From: Abditibacteriaceae bacterium
GTDB taxonomy: Bacteria; Armatimonadota; Abditibacteriia; Abditibacteriales; Abditibacteriaceae
Length of the DNA stretch: 64,000 nucleotides
NCBI GenBank assembly: GCA_965277285.1
Contig: OZ255721.1
Coordinates: 2,688,001-2,752,000, forward strand
Direction: 5' to 3'
Shown piece after piece: positions 1 to 9,759 of this stretch. The notes under the pieces are model-generated. The model made no database searches. It was not told where the DNA came from and was given only the letters and a program-made list of their open reading frames with translations. The position numbers and the translations under genes were made by a program. Position 1 is the stretch's first letter. Each line of letters opens with the position of its first letter.

Positions 1-1
1 A

Positions 2-694
2 CAACTCAATTTTTGTGGGCCGGGCGATAATGATTATGTCAACCAAATGTCGATCACCGATTGGGATTGTTACAAAGCGCAATTTGACGGCGTGCGTGAC
101 GAAATCGCCATTGGCGAAGCTTCGCCGCTTTATCTTTATGAAGCGTGTGCCGCGCCGCGCATCAAAGAATATGTGCCGGACGCGAAGCTGTTGATTTTCT
201 TGCGTAACCCAATTGATCGCGCGTATTCGGCGTTTGTGCATCTGGTGCGCGACGGACGTGAAACCACGCGCGACTTCGGCGAAGCTCTCGCGTTGGAAGA
301 CGAGCGCATCGCTCTTGGCTGGGAGCACATCTGGCATTACAAGCACATGGGTTTGTATTACGATCAGGTCAAACGCTATTTCGACTTGTTCGGGCGCGAA
401 AACGTGCGCGTCGACCTTTACTATGATTTCAAAACGCGCCCTGTGGAATTGATGCAGGAGATTTTCGGTTTTCTTGGCGTGGATGAGACTTTTGCGCCTG
501 ATATTTCGCAGCGCTACAACGAAGCGAGCGTGCCACACGAACAACGTCCGCCGCTAACGCTGGAAGTGCGCCATCAACTGCTCGATTATTTCCGCGAAGA
601 TTCGCTCAAAGTGCAGGATTTAATCGGACGCGATTTGTCGCGCTGGCTGGGCATAGCGACGCCGGATTTAAATTTGAAAGCTGTCTCAGCGTAA
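2..694 (+). CDS. Sulfotransferase family protein (5' partial)
   Basis: Frame open from the window edge; GEASPLYLY...PDAKLLIFLRNPIDRAYS matches the 3'-phosphate-binding region of PAPS sulfotransferases. Confidence 0.85.
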   Translation, partial: QLNFCGPGDNDYVNQMSITDWDCYKAQFDGVRDEIAIGEASPLYLYEACAAPRIKEYVPDAKLLIFLRNPIDRAYSAFVHLVRDGRETTRDFGEALALEDERIALGWEHIWHYKHMGLYYDQVKRYFDLFGRENVRVDLYYDFKTRPVELMQEIFGFLGVDETFAPDISQRYNEASVPHEQRPPLTLEVRHQLLDYFREDSLKVQDLIGRDLSRWLGIATPDLNLKAVSA

Positions 695-735
695 CCCGTG
701 CAGCGTGATTTGCGCCTTAATCGAGTACTCGAAAG

Positions 736-1785
736 ATGGAGATTTCGCCTAAAAAATCGCCGTGTTGTGTTCCGTCCTCAGGCGCCTCTTCGGTGGCCGT
801 TCATCTTGAACAGCCTCATCTTGAACAGCCTCATCTTGAACAACCTCATCTTGAACAACCGCGCGCTATTGATTCAAATGATTCAAATTTTGTCGATCCA
901 ACTTCGCGTGCCACTTTGGGTTCGACTTCGGGCATGAAACTGTTGAACGGCGGCGAGTTTTTGATGGGTACGACACCAGAATACGCTTGGCCGGGCGATG
1001 GAGAAACGCCGGTTCGTCGCGTCGTTTTGCGACCGTTTTACCTTGATATTTGCGCTGTCACCAATCGTCAGTTTGCGCAGTTCTTCGAGGCGACAAACTA
1101 CATCACTGAAGCGGAAAAGTTCGGCTGGTCGTATGTTTTTCATAAAGACGTTGCGCCAACCAAAGCGCGTCAGTTGGCCAAAGGCACGGCGGGAACGCTC
1201 GATTGGTGGTTGGCCATTGAAGGCGCGCACTGGCGCAAACCCGAAGGTTCCGGCTCGGACGTTCGCAAAAGACAAGATCATCCCGTCGTTCATGTTTCGT
1301 GGAACGATGCTGTCGCATACGCGAATTGGGCGGGCAAACGTCTGCCGACCGAAGCCGAATGGGAATATGCGGCGCGCGGCGGTTTGGAGCAAAAACTATA
1401 TCCGTGGGGCGACGAACTAATGGTGAACGGCAAACACCTGTGCAATATCTGGCAGGGGAAATTCCCTAATTTCAACGCCGCCGCTGATGGTTTCAAGGGA
1501 ACCGCGCCCGCGAAAAGCTTTGCGCCCAATGGTTTTGGCTTGTATCAAATGAGCGGCAACGTTTGGGAATGGACAAGCGATTGGTTCACGGCTTCGCACT
1601 CCAAAGATGAACCGATTACAGATCCAATGGGCGCGCCAAATGGCGAAAATAAAGTTATGAAAGGCGGCTCTTACCTTTGTCACGCGTCTTACTGCAATCG
1701 CTATCGCGTGGCGGCGCGTTCATCCAATACGCCCGAAAGCTCTTCGTGTCATTGTGGGTTTCGCTGCGCGCGTGATGTGGAATAG
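736..1785 (+). CDS. Formylglycine-generating enzyme (FGE/SUMF1 family)
   Basis: RLPTEAEWEYAARGG, GNVWEW, KGGSYLCHASYCNRYRVAAR (catalytic Cys pair) and GFRC motifs. Confidence 0.9.
   Translation: MEISPKKSPCCVPSSGASSVAVHLEQPHLEQPHLEQPHLEQPRAIDSNDSNFVDPTSRATLGSTSGMKLLNGGEFLMGTTPEYAWPGDGETPVRRVVLRPFYLDICAVTNRQFAQFFEATNYITEAEKFGWSYVFHKDVAPTKARQLAKGTAGTLDWWLAIEGAHWRKPEGSGSDVRKRQDHPVVHVSWNDAVAYANWAGKRLPTEAEWEYAARGGLEQKLYPWGDELMVNGKHLCNIWQGKFPNFNAAADGFKGTAPAKSFAPNGFGLYQMSGNVWEWTSDWFTASHSKDEPITDPMGAPNGENKVMKGGSYLCHASYCNRYRVAARSSNTPESSSCHCGFRCARDVE
802..861 (+). repeat. In-frame 15-bp tandem repeat x4 encoding (HLEQP)4
   Basis: CATCTTGAACARCCK repeated four times. Confidence 0.9.
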
Positions 1786-1806
1786 AAAGTCAATATCGAG
1801 TACTCG

Positions 1807-1839
1807 AAAGCGCCGCTTCAACGTTGAAGCGGCGCTTTT
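1807..1839 (+). terminator. Intrinsic terminator
   Basis: AAAGCGCCGCTTCAACGTTGAAGCGGCGCTTTT hairpin with T tract after the FGE stop. Confidence 0.7.
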
Positions 1840-1858
1840 CTTGGTAAAAAGTACGATT

Positions 1859-1928
1859 GTAGGAGAGGAATTTCCGCGCTCGAATCGCCTGAACTGACGG
1901 TAAGACGGACGGGAAAACCCGCCCCTAC
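1859..1928. repeat. GTAG-tagged REP-like doublet
   Basis: GTAGG...CCCCTAC ends; related units at 16687-16765, 36503-36527, 39147-39171, 59529-59556. Confidence 0.5.
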
Positions 1929-1936
1929 GATTGCAC

Positions 1937-2407
1937 TTAAATGTGGCAACTGGCCTGGCCGCGTTTTTCCAGATATTGCTGATGATAATCTTCGGCGAAC
2001 CAGAAGTGCGTGGCGGGAACGATCTCGGTCGCAACCGGACGGCGCAACTTGCCGCTGTCTTCCAGCTTCTGCTTGCTCGCTTGCGCAGCGATTTTTTGCG
2101 CCTCATCGTGCGTGAAAATCGCGGAACGATATTGCGTGCCGATGTCCCAGCCTTGACGATTGACTTGCGTCGAATCGTGCGATTCCCAGAAGACTTGCAG
2201 CAAATCGTCGTAAGACACTTGTGAGGGATCGAATTCGACTTGCACCGCTTCGGCGTGGTGCGTGCGGCCTGTGCAAACCTGCTCGTAGGTCGGATTTTCT
2301 AAATTGCCGCCGATGTAACCGACAGCGGTTGAAAGAACGCCCGGCGTATTGCGAAAAGCGGCTTCAACGCCCCAGAAACATCCGGCGGCAAACGTAGCTT
2401 TTTCCAT
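1937..2407 (-). CDS. msrA: Peptide-methionine (S)-S-oxide reductase
   Basis: FAAGCFWG active site and AEDYHQQY motif. Confidence 0.95.
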   Translation of the reverse strand: MEKATFAAGCFWGVEAAFRNTPGVLSTAVGYIGGNLENPTYEQVCTGRTHHAEAVQVEFDPSQVSYDDLLQVFWESHDSTQVNRQGWDIGTQYRSAIFTHDEAQKIAAQASKQKLEDSGKLRRPVATEIVPATHFWFAEDYHQQYLEKRGQASCHI

Positions 2408-2491
2408 GATAAAAACTCCTTTGTTGTTCAACGATTAAACACATTTGCGCGCCAGAAAGTTCCGCTAACGTTGGCGAATCGAGTACTCGAT

Positions 2492-3535
2492 TTACGCTTG
2501 CAGCGACTTCATATCAATCACGAAACGGTAGCGCACATCGCCTTTAATTGTGCGTTCGTAGGCTTCGGCCAGGTTTTGTATTGGAATGATTTCGATGTCC
2601 GATGTGATGTCATTCGCGGCGCAATAATCGAGCATTTCCTGTGTTTCTTGGATGCCGCCGATGCCCGAACCGGCGAAGGTGCGGTTGCCGACGATCAGCG
2701 AAAACGCGTGAACGTCGAGCGGTTTTTCGGGCGCGCCGACCAAAACCAAAGCGCCGTTACGCTTCAATAAACCCAGATATTGATTGAGGTCGTGTTCTGC
2801 GGAAACCGCGTCCAGAATAAAGTCGAAGCCATTCGCCAGCGACGACAAATCGGCGTCGCGCGTAACCACGAAATGATGCGCGCCCAGGCGTTTGGCGTCC
2901 TCTTCTTTGGAAGGCGAAGTCGAAAAAACCGTCACTTCGGCGCCCATCGAGACCGCGAGTTTGACCGCCATGTGACCCAGACCGCCCAAGCCGACGACGC
3001 CAACTTTGTCACCTTTTTTCACGTTGAAACGGCGCAGCGGCGAGTAAGTCGTGATGCCCGCGCACAACAGCGGCGCGACATTGGCCAGCGGCAAATTGGC
3101 GGGGACTTTCAAGGTGTAGCTTTCATCGACTACGATGCGCGACGAGTAACCGCCATGCGTCGGCTGGCCTGCGAAATCGCGGCTATTATAGGTTTGCACG
3201 CACTGGCGCTCGCAGAATTGTTCCTGATCGTCGCGGCAGGCGGAGCATTCGCGGCATGAATCGACAAAGCAGCCGACACCGGCCAGATCGCCGACTTTGA
3301 ACTTGGAAACAGCCGAACCGATTTGAGCGACGTGACCGACAATTTCGTGACCGGGAACCATCGGATAAATCGAGTTGCCCCATTCGTTGCGCGCCTGATG
3401 AATATCGCTGTGACAAACGCCGCAATAATCAATTTCGATGAGAACATCGTGTTCGCCCAAATCGCGGCGCTCGAAATGGAAAGGTTGGAAAGCGGCAACG
3501 GCGGATTCTACAGCGTAACTTTGTGTTGAAAACAT
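2492..3535 (-). CDS. Zn-dependent NAD(P) alcohol dehydrogenase (cinnamyl-ADH/YahK-like)
   Basis: CGVCHSD, PGHEIVG, structural Zn cysteines, APLLCAGITTYSPL, GLGGLG. Confidence 0.93.
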   Translation of the reverse strand: MFSTQSYAVESAVAAFQPFHFERRDLGEHDVLIEIDYCGVCHSDIHQARNEWGNSIYPMVPGHEIVGHVAQIGSAVSKFKVGDLAGVGCFVDSCRECSACRDDQEQFCERQCVQTYNSRDFAGQPTHGGYSSRIVVDESYTLKVPANLPLANVAPLLCAGITTYSPLRRFNVKKGDKVGVVGLGGLGHMAVKLAVSMGAEVTVFSTSPSKEEDAKRLGAHHFVVTRDADLSSLANGFDFILDAVSAEHDLNQYLGLLKRNGALVLVGAPEKPLDVHAFSLIVGNRTFAGSGIGGIQETQEMLDYCAANDITSDIEIIPIQNLAEAYERTIKGDVRYRFVIDMKSLQA

Positions 3536-3589
3536 ATTTTTCTCCCGAAAATAAATGGCTTACTGAACATCGAGTACTCGAACTGAATC

Positions 3590-3687
3590 AACCGCCAAGA
3601 CACCAAGAACGCCAAGAACACAGAAGCGGCCTTAATAAATTGCGATTTCTCTTGAAGCCTCTTGGCGTTCTTGGTGTCTTGGCGGTT
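3590..3687. repeat. Intergenic hairpin with 28-bp perfect arms built of 9-bp units
   Basis: AACCGCCAAGACACCAAGAACGCCAAGA at 3590-3617 and its reverse complement at 3660-3687. Confidence 0.85.
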
Positions 3688-3691
3688 CAAC

Positions 3692-4198
3692 TCAATACTT
3701 CCAATCGTGGTCTTGCGCGTACACCAAAATGCTGAGAAGAGATTCCGGCGTTGGCATAGCACGCGGCGTCGAAGACAACCAGAAACCGCCGATGCGTCCA
3801 TCCGAGTTGATCAGGTAAACGCCGGGCGCGATGTAGTTTTTGTAATCGTCGCGCTTCATATCGTTGTGATTGGGGCCGTAAACGCCAAAAATTTCGCCGA
3901 CTTTGCCGTCATCGTCCACCAAAATCGGGATGCGCATGCGAAACTCTTCGGCAAATTTTGCGTGTTCGTTTCTGCCGCCGTTCACGATGAAAGCCAGTTC
4001 GCAGTTCATCTTTTTGAACAAGTGCGCGAACGAATTGAAATTGGCGAACTCGCCGCGCGTCGTCGGGCAATATTCGCCGCGCGCCAGGTACAAAACTACC
4101 ATTTTGCCCAGATGATCGCTCAGTTTCCATGGCTGGCCCAGGCAATCGGTCAGTTCGACTTCGGGCGCGAGATCGTTGAGTTGAAACGGAAATGACAT
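3692..4198 (-). CDS. AhpC/TSA (peroxiredoxin-like, thioredoxin-fold) protein
   Basis: APEVELTD..G....LSD..GK.VVLY..RGEYCP and PILVDDDGKV..FGV patterns. Confidence 0.75.
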   Translation of the reverse strand: MSFPFQLNDLAPEVELTDCLGQPWKLSDHLGKMVVLYLARGEYCPTTRGEFANFNSFAHLFKKMNCELAFIVNGGRNEHAKFAEEFRMRIPILVDDDGKVGEIFGVYGPNHNDMKRDDYKNYIAPGVYLINSDGRIGGFWLSSTPRAMPTPESLLSILVYAQDHDWKY

Positions 4199-4352
4199 TG
4201 AGGAAATCTCCAGCGGAAGGTATCAGCGCACACAAGACCTTTCGTGAACAACGGCGTTCCTCATGGATGCGTCAGCTTAAAGCGTCGGCTTAGATGCGTC
4301 GGCTTCGCTATAATGAAAAGTCCTTTTACAAACGCCATTCTGGAAAAACCTT

Positions 4353-5459
4353 ATGTTAGAAGACGCCAAACACACACTCGAGACACTGCGCCAAAACTTG
4401 TCCGGCAAAGCGAAATCGCTCGACATCGAAACGCGCCGCGAAACCTTGCTGCAGTTGGAAGAAGAATCGAACGCGCCCGATTTGTGGAACGATCCGACAA
4501 CCGCGCAAGTTTTGATGCAGAAATTGTCCGCCGCGCGCGAACTTGTCGCGCCATTTAATCTGCTGGAAAAGCGCACCACAGAACTGGCCGAACTGATCGA
4601 AATGGCGCAAATCGAGAACGATGCCGATTTAGCAACCGAAATCGAGCGCGACTTGAAAGAAGTCGAAATCGAGTACTCGAAACTCGAAACCGCGACGCTT
4701 TTTGGCGGCGAATACGACGGCAACAACGCGATTTTTTCGATCAACGCCGGAGCTGGCGGAACTGAAGCGCAAGATTGGACGCAGATGCTGGTGCGCGCCT
4801 ACATTCGCTGGGCGCAGCGCCATAAATTCGATGTCGAAGTGCTCGAAGAATCGGCGGGCGAAGAAGCCGGCATCAAGGGTTTTTCGATGATCGTCAAAGG
4901 CACCAACGCTTACGGACATCTCAAAAGCGAAGCCGGAACGCATCGTCTGGTGCGTATTTCGCCGTTCAATTCGGCGGGCAAGCGCATGACGAGTTTTTCC
5001 GGCGTCGATGTCGTCCCGGAAATCGTGGAAACGCAGGAAGTCGAAATCAATCCGAAAGATTTGCGCATCGATACGTTTTTGTCGGGCGGCGCGGGCGGCC
5101 AGAACGTGCAGAAAAACGAAACCGCGATTCGCATCACGCACATTCCCAGCGGCATCGTCACGCAATGCCAGAACGAACGATCTCAATTGCAAAACCGCGA
5201 AGTGGCGATGCGCGTTCTGCGCTCGAAATTGTTTGAAATCGAGTGGCGCAAGCGTCAGGAAGAGTTGGACAGATTGCGCGGCGTGAAAAGCAAAAACGAG
5301 TGGGGCGGCCAGATTCGCAACTACGTTTTTCAGCCGTATCAAATGGTGAAAGATTTGAGGACGAGTTACGAAACCGGCAACATCGACGAAGTAATGGACG
5401 GCGACTTCGACGGCTTTATCTTCGCTTATCTGGAATGGAACGCGAGCCAGCACAATTAA
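4353..5459 (+). CDS. prfB: Peptide chain release factor 2
   Basis: SPF tripeptide (RISPFN), GGQ, GAGGTEAQDW, WGGQIRNY. Confidence 0.95.
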   Translation: MLEDAKHTLETLRQNLSGKAKSLDIETRRETLLQLEEESNAPDLWNDPTTAQVLMQKLSAARELVAPFNLLEKRTTELAELIEMAQIENDADLATEIERDLKEVEIEYSKLETATLFGGEYDGNNAIFSINAGAGGTEAQDWTQMLVRAYIRWAQRHKFDVEVLEESAGEEAGIKGFSMIVKGTNAYGHLKSEAGTHRLVRISPFNSAGKRMTSFSGVDVVPEIVETQEVEINPKDLRIDTFLSGGAGGQNVQKNETAIRITHIPSGIVTQCQNERSQLQNREVAMRVLRSKLFEIEWRKRQEELDRLRGVKSKNEWGGQIRNYVFQPYQMVKDLRTSYETGNIDEVMDGDFDGFIFAYLEWNASQHN

Positions 5460-5476
5460 AGCTTTCGAGTACTCGA

Positions 5477-6289
5477 ATGAACGAATTCCAACGCGAAGAG
5501 TTGTTGATTTTAACGAAAACATATCCCGAGCCAAGCGCAAAGTATCGTGAGACGACTTGCGTCGCGGCTTTGACGCGAACGGGAAGCATGAAGCGTATTT
5601 TTCCGGTTCGCTTTCGCTATTTTAGCGGCGAACAACAGTTCAAGAAATGGGAATGGATCAGTGTCAGTGTCGGAAAGCCGAATAAAGATAAACGTCCCGA
5701 AAGTTTCAAGATTGACTTCGATTCAAAGATCGAACGTTTGGACGAAAAGATCGATACAAAGGATGGTTGGACGCGACGAACTCCATGGCTCGAGCCGCAT
5801 TTCGTCGAAGATTTTGCAACACTTGAAAAACGTCGCCAAACATCAGGCGAAACATTGGGAATCATTCGCCCTCATCGAGTACTCGATTTGGAAATTACAT
5901 CGGTGAAAGAAACCGAATGGACGGAAAAAGAGAAGGCGGAATTGCAGAAAGAAGGTTTGTTCGATACCGACGAATACGAACGACCTTTGCTAAGAAAACT
6001 GCCCTATCGTTTTCATTATTGCTACGAATGCGCGACGCCGCAGGGCGTTCAAACGTTGCGCCACATGGTTTCCGATTGGGAAGTTGGCGCGCTGTTCTGG
6101 AACTGCGTGCGCAGCCACGGTGATAAATGGGAAACGCCATTTCGACAAAAAATCGCGGACGAACTGCCGTCGCGCGACTTGATGTTTTTGATGGGAACTG
6201 TCCACAGATTTCCCGACCAATGGCTGATTGTCGGTTTGTTTTATCCGCCTAAACCAAAACCGAAGTCGGAACAACTGATGCTGCTGTGA
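5477..6289 (+). CDS. Hypothetical protein of a family I recall next to DUF488 genes
   Basis: 270-aa ORF with LILTKTYPEPSAKYRETTCVA start and DWEVGALFWNC, FLMGT motifs; family link from recollection. Confidence 0.7.
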   Translation: MNEFQREELLILTKTYPEPSAKYRETTCVAALTRTGSMKRIFPVRFRYFSGEQQFKKWEWISVSVGKPNKDKRPESFKIDFDSKIERLDEKIDTKDGWTRRTPWLEPHFVEDFATLEKRRQTSGETLGIIRPHRVLDLEITSVKETEWTEKEKAELQKEGLFDTDEYERPLLRKLPYRFHYCYECATPQGVQTLRHMVSDWEVGALFWNCVRSHGDKWETPFRQKIADELPSRDLMFLMGTVHRFPDQWLIVGLFYPPKPKPKSEQLMLL

Positions 6290-6710
6290 GATGTACAACT
6301 TCGAGAGCGTTATCAAATTCGCGCAAGCGTTTTGTGATCAACGAACGGTGACAGAATAAAGCGTTTGCTTCAAAACACATCAAACAAAACACTTTGTTGT
6401 CTTGCAAAAGCGAATGAAGAATTTCGTCCTGGGTTTGGATGTACTTTGAAAAATCGCGCGTGTAGCGAGACCAATCGTTATCCAACTTATATTGGTCTCG
6501 AACCAAGCGAGGACAACCTAAATTGACAAGATGCCGATACTCGATTTCTTCGGACTCAATTCGAGATGAAAGCCGTAATTTCGAGAAACCCGCTTTACGA
6601 CTCAAGGGGGTTTGTCGCACATCCACCAAACATTCGATGCCGTTAACGCGCAAAATATCAACAAAAGTGTTGATTGAAAGGCCTTCGTAGCCCAAAGTGA
6701 AAATTGACAT
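6249..6710 (-). CDS. DUF488 family protein
   Basis: IFTLGYEG, LVDVRQTPLSRKAGFSK, CLMCFE...CHRS. Confidence 0.88.
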   Translation of the reverse strand: MSIFTLGYEGLSINTFVDILRVNGIECLVDVRQTPLSRKAGFSKLRLSSRIESEEIEYRHLVNLGCPRLVRDQYKLDNDWSRYTRDFSKYIQTQDEILHSLLQDNKVFCLMCFEANALFCHRSLITKRLREFDNALEVVHLTAASVVPTSVLV

Positions 6711-6843
6711 CGCTCGCAGTATAACCAACGTTGTGGATTGAAAGGTTCGAGTACTCGATAGAACGCCGCATCTGTGCGTTTTCTTACTTTTACGTATCGA
6801 AAAAAGACGAGTTTTGTGCCGTCGCAAATGTTAAGATTGCGTT

Positions 6844-7521
6844 ATGCCTTCTGAAATTTCGACTCTAAAAACGTGGGTCAGCGCCAATCGCTTGCTCATC
6901 CTGACGTTGTTTTTCGCCATTTTGCTGCCGCTGATTGTCTTCGGCAAAATCGCCAATGAAATCGTTGAACATGAAGCCTTGAGTTTCGATCATCCGATTC
7001 AGATGTGGGCGCATTCTTTTGCCACGCCGCAACTCGATCAATGGATGCTGGGGCTTTCAATGTTCGGCAGCCCGCCGCTGATGTTCTTCTTCTGCGCGCT
7101 GATTTGTATCGCCTTGTGGCGCAATCGTCGTCACGGCGACGCGTTGTTTTTCATCGTTTCAACGGTGGGCGCCGGTTTGTTGAACCAAGCTGGAAAGTTC
7201 GCGTTTGGACGCCCGCGCCCCGAATTGTGGATCGTCATCGACCCGCGCAGCGATGCCAGTTTTCCGTCCGGCCACGCGATGGGAACGATGGCGCTTTATA
7301 CCGCGATTGTGATTTTGCTGTGGCCGACCAAATTGCGCGTTCCCTGGCTCATCGGCGGCGGCTTGCTGGTCTTTTTGATCGGTTTGTCGCGCGTTTATCT
7401 GAGCATGCATTATCCCAGCGACGTGTTGTGCGGCTGGCTGGCTTCGCTGGCGTGGGTCGTCGGATTGAATCTCATTCGCCGCGCGCGCCATCCCGTCGTG
7501 CAACAATCCACAAAACTGTAA
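6844..7521 (+). CDS. PAP2 family membrane phosphatase
   Basis: K...RPRP, SFPSGH, SRVYLSMHYPSDV and hydrophobic segments. Confidence 0.92.
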   Translation: MPSEISTLKTWVSANRLLILTLFFAILLPLIVFGKIANEIVEHEALSFDHPIQMWAHSFATPQLDQWMLGLSMFGSPPLMFFFCALICIALWRNRRHGDALFFIVSTVGAGLLNQAGKFAFGRPRPELWIVIDPRSDASFPSGHAMGTMALYTAIVILLWPTKLRVPWLIGGGLLVFLIGLSRVYLSMHYPSDVLCGWLASLAWVVGLNLIRRARHPVVQQSTKL

Positions 7522-7632
7522 TCGAGTAATCGATTGGCTGGAATCGGTGTAAAAACGCGCGGTTTTGCTGTTAAACTGCGGCTTCGTTGCTGGAAAAGTG
7601 TTGCCAATTTTCTGTTGCAAAGGACGATTACG

Positions 7633-8565
7633 ATGGCGATTTCCGAACATATCCAAGAATACGCTGGCAAGCCCGTCGGAGATTGGGAAGCGGAAGGCTT
7701 CGATGCCAAAAACACCTTGCCGCGTCTTGCGCTATCTTACGAAGATTATGAAAGCAAGCAAACGTGGGTCGAAGTTTTCAAGAAGTTTTTAGATCATCCT
7801 GACGCAGCTGAGATGACGGGCCTGGTAGTGGGCGTGTGGGATTACGAATCGAGCAACGATCTCATCGCGCCCGTGATTGCCGCGATTGCCGAAGCCAAAG
7901 ACAAACTGCCGCATTTGACGGCGCTTTTTTTGGGCGACATCACTTACGAAGAATCGGAAATTTCGTGGATCAATCAAAGCGACATCTCGCCCTTACTGGA
8001 AGCCTATCCGCAACTCGAGCATTTCACGGTGCGCAGCGGTGAAGGCTTGAAACTTCATCCTTTGCGACACGATCATTTGAAAAGTTTCACGGTTCAAAGC
8101 GGTGGTCTGGACGCCGAAGTGGTGCGCGCCGTGTGCCGTTGCGAGTTTCCCGCGCTGGAACATCTGGAATTGTGGTTGGGCACCGATGATTACGGCGGAA
8201 CCGTCAGTGTGGCCGATTTGCAGCCGATTTTGTCCAGCGCAGCGTTTCCGCATTTGCGTTATTTAGGCTTGCGCGACAGCGACATTGTCGATGAAGTGGC
8301 GCAGGCTGTCGCCAATGCGCCGATCTTGCAAAAGATTCGCGTCCTCGATTTGTCGTTGGGAACGCTCACCGATATTGGAGGGCAAGCGTTGCTTGATGCT
8401 ACGCCAGTGAAACACTTGGAAAAGTTAGACATTCATCACCACTTTTGCACGCCAGCATTGATTGAGCAATTGAAGCAGTTGCCGCTGGAAGTGGACGCTT
8501 CAGACGCGCAAACCGCCGAAGAAGACGATGACGCAACGTATCGTTTTGTGGCGCACGGCGAGTAA
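7633..8565 (+). CDS. STM4015-like leucine-rich-repeat protein
   Basis: LFLGDI..EE.EISWI.Q.D, LEHLELWLG, LDLSLGTL repeats; first gene of the operon. Confidence 0.8.
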   Translation: MAISEHIQEYAGKPVGDWEAEGFDAKNTLPRLALSYEDYESKQTWVEVFKKFLDHPDAAEMTGLVVGVWDYESSNDLIAPVIAAIAEAKDKLPHLTALFLGDITYEESEISWINQSDISPLLEAYPQLEHFTVRSGEGLKLHPLRHDHLKSFTVQSGGLDAEVVRAVCRCEFPALEHLELWLGTDDYGGTVSVADLQPILSSAAFPHLRYLGLRDSDIVDEVAQAVANAPILQKIRVLDLSLGTLTDIGGQALLDATPVKHLEKLDIHHHFCTPALIEQLKQLPLEVDASDAQTAEEDDDATYRFVAHGE

Positions 8566-8589
8566 CAACGAGTACTCGATAAGAGCTTT

Positions 8590-9759
8590 ATGAAGTGTGC
8601 AGAGCGCCGTTTTGTCCTCATCGGCAACGCAAGAAGTCGCGGCGTGGAAGAATGGCAATCGGCGTTGCAACGCTTGCATCAATCGTCCGCGATTTTGGTG
8701 CAATACGCCGATTTGTTGACAGGTCGCGTTGTGCTCAGTGATGTTGTACAAAGCGGCGACATGGTTCGCCTGGAATCGCCCGGGCGCGATTGGAACGTTG
8801 AAAAGCTGTTGTTGCAAGCGGGCGCCGATTTAGCTGAAGTGGAATCGTCCGCGAAGAATATCGTATTTCTGCCCGCTCGTGCGATAGCGGAATTGGCTTT
8901 CGAGAAAGGTCGCATCTGGGCTTCGCGCCAATGGTATTTGGGTTGGCGCGAACTTTTGCAGCGCATCGAAAAGCAACTTCAACGAAGCGCGCCGCATTGT
9001 CTGCTCACGGCGCCGCGCGACATTGCGCTGATGTTCGATAAGCCTTTATGCCATTCGACTTTGCGAGCTGCCGGTGTCGCTGTGCCGCGCGCTCTGGGAA
9101 CGCCAGGCAATTACCAGGAACTGCGGCTTTTGATGAAAGAATTCGACTGTCATCGTGTTTTTATCAAGCTGGCGCATGGTTCGAGCGCGTCTGGCGTGAT
9201 TGCTTTTCGCACCGATGGCCGACGCTTTCACGCGGTGACGACGACCGAAGTTGTGCAAAACGGCGGCGAAACGCGCTTGTATAATTCGCGTAAATTGCAG
9301 GTTTTGCGCAATGAACGCGAGGTTCAAACTTTGATTGATGCGCTGTGTCGTCATCGCGTTCACGTCGAAGAATGGCTGTCCAAAGCCGGAATGGACGGCC
9401 AGGTTTTCGATCTGCGCGTGGTGGTGCTTGCAGGCCGTGCGCGTCACAAAGTTTTGCGATTGAGTCGCACGCCTATGACGAATTTGCATTTGCTGAACCA
9501 TCGTGGCGATGTCGAGAAAGTGCGAGCGCGCATGACAGCGGCGCAGTGGGACTGCGCGATCCAAAGTTGCGAAGCGGCTCACGCGTGCCTGGCGGGAAGT
9601 TTTTCGTCGGGCATTGATTTGATGTGGACGCCGGATTTTCGCCGTCACGCGATTTTGGAAATGAACGCCTTCGGCAATTTGCTGCCTCGAGTACTCGATG
9701 ATGGCTTGCAAACGCACGAAGCCGAATTGCAGGCGTTGCTGGAGGAAAGCTCGTGCTGA
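8590..9759 (+). CDS. STM4014-like ATP-grasp protein
   Basis: MFDK, VFIKLAHGSSASG, FDLRVVV, SRTPMTNLHL, ILEMNAFG. Confidence 0.8.
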   Translation: MKCAERRFVLIGNARSRGVEEWQSALQRLHQSSAILVQYADLLTGRVVLSDVVQSGDMVRLESPGRDWNVEKLLLQAGADLAEVESSAKNIVFLPARAIAELAFEKGRIWASRQWYLGWRELLQRIEKQLQRSAPHCLLTAPRDIALMFDKPLCHSTLRAAGVAVPRALGTPGNYQELRLLMKEFDCHRVFIKLAHGSSASGVIAFRTDGRRFHAVTTTEVVQNGGETRLYNSRKLQVLRNEREVQTLIDALCRHRVHVEEWLSKAGMDGQVFDLRVVVLAGRARHKVLRLSRTPMTNLHLLNHRGDVEKVRARMTAAQWDCAIQSCEAAHACLAGSFSSGIDLMWTPDFRRHAILEMNAFGNLLPRVLDDGLQTHEAELQALLEESSC

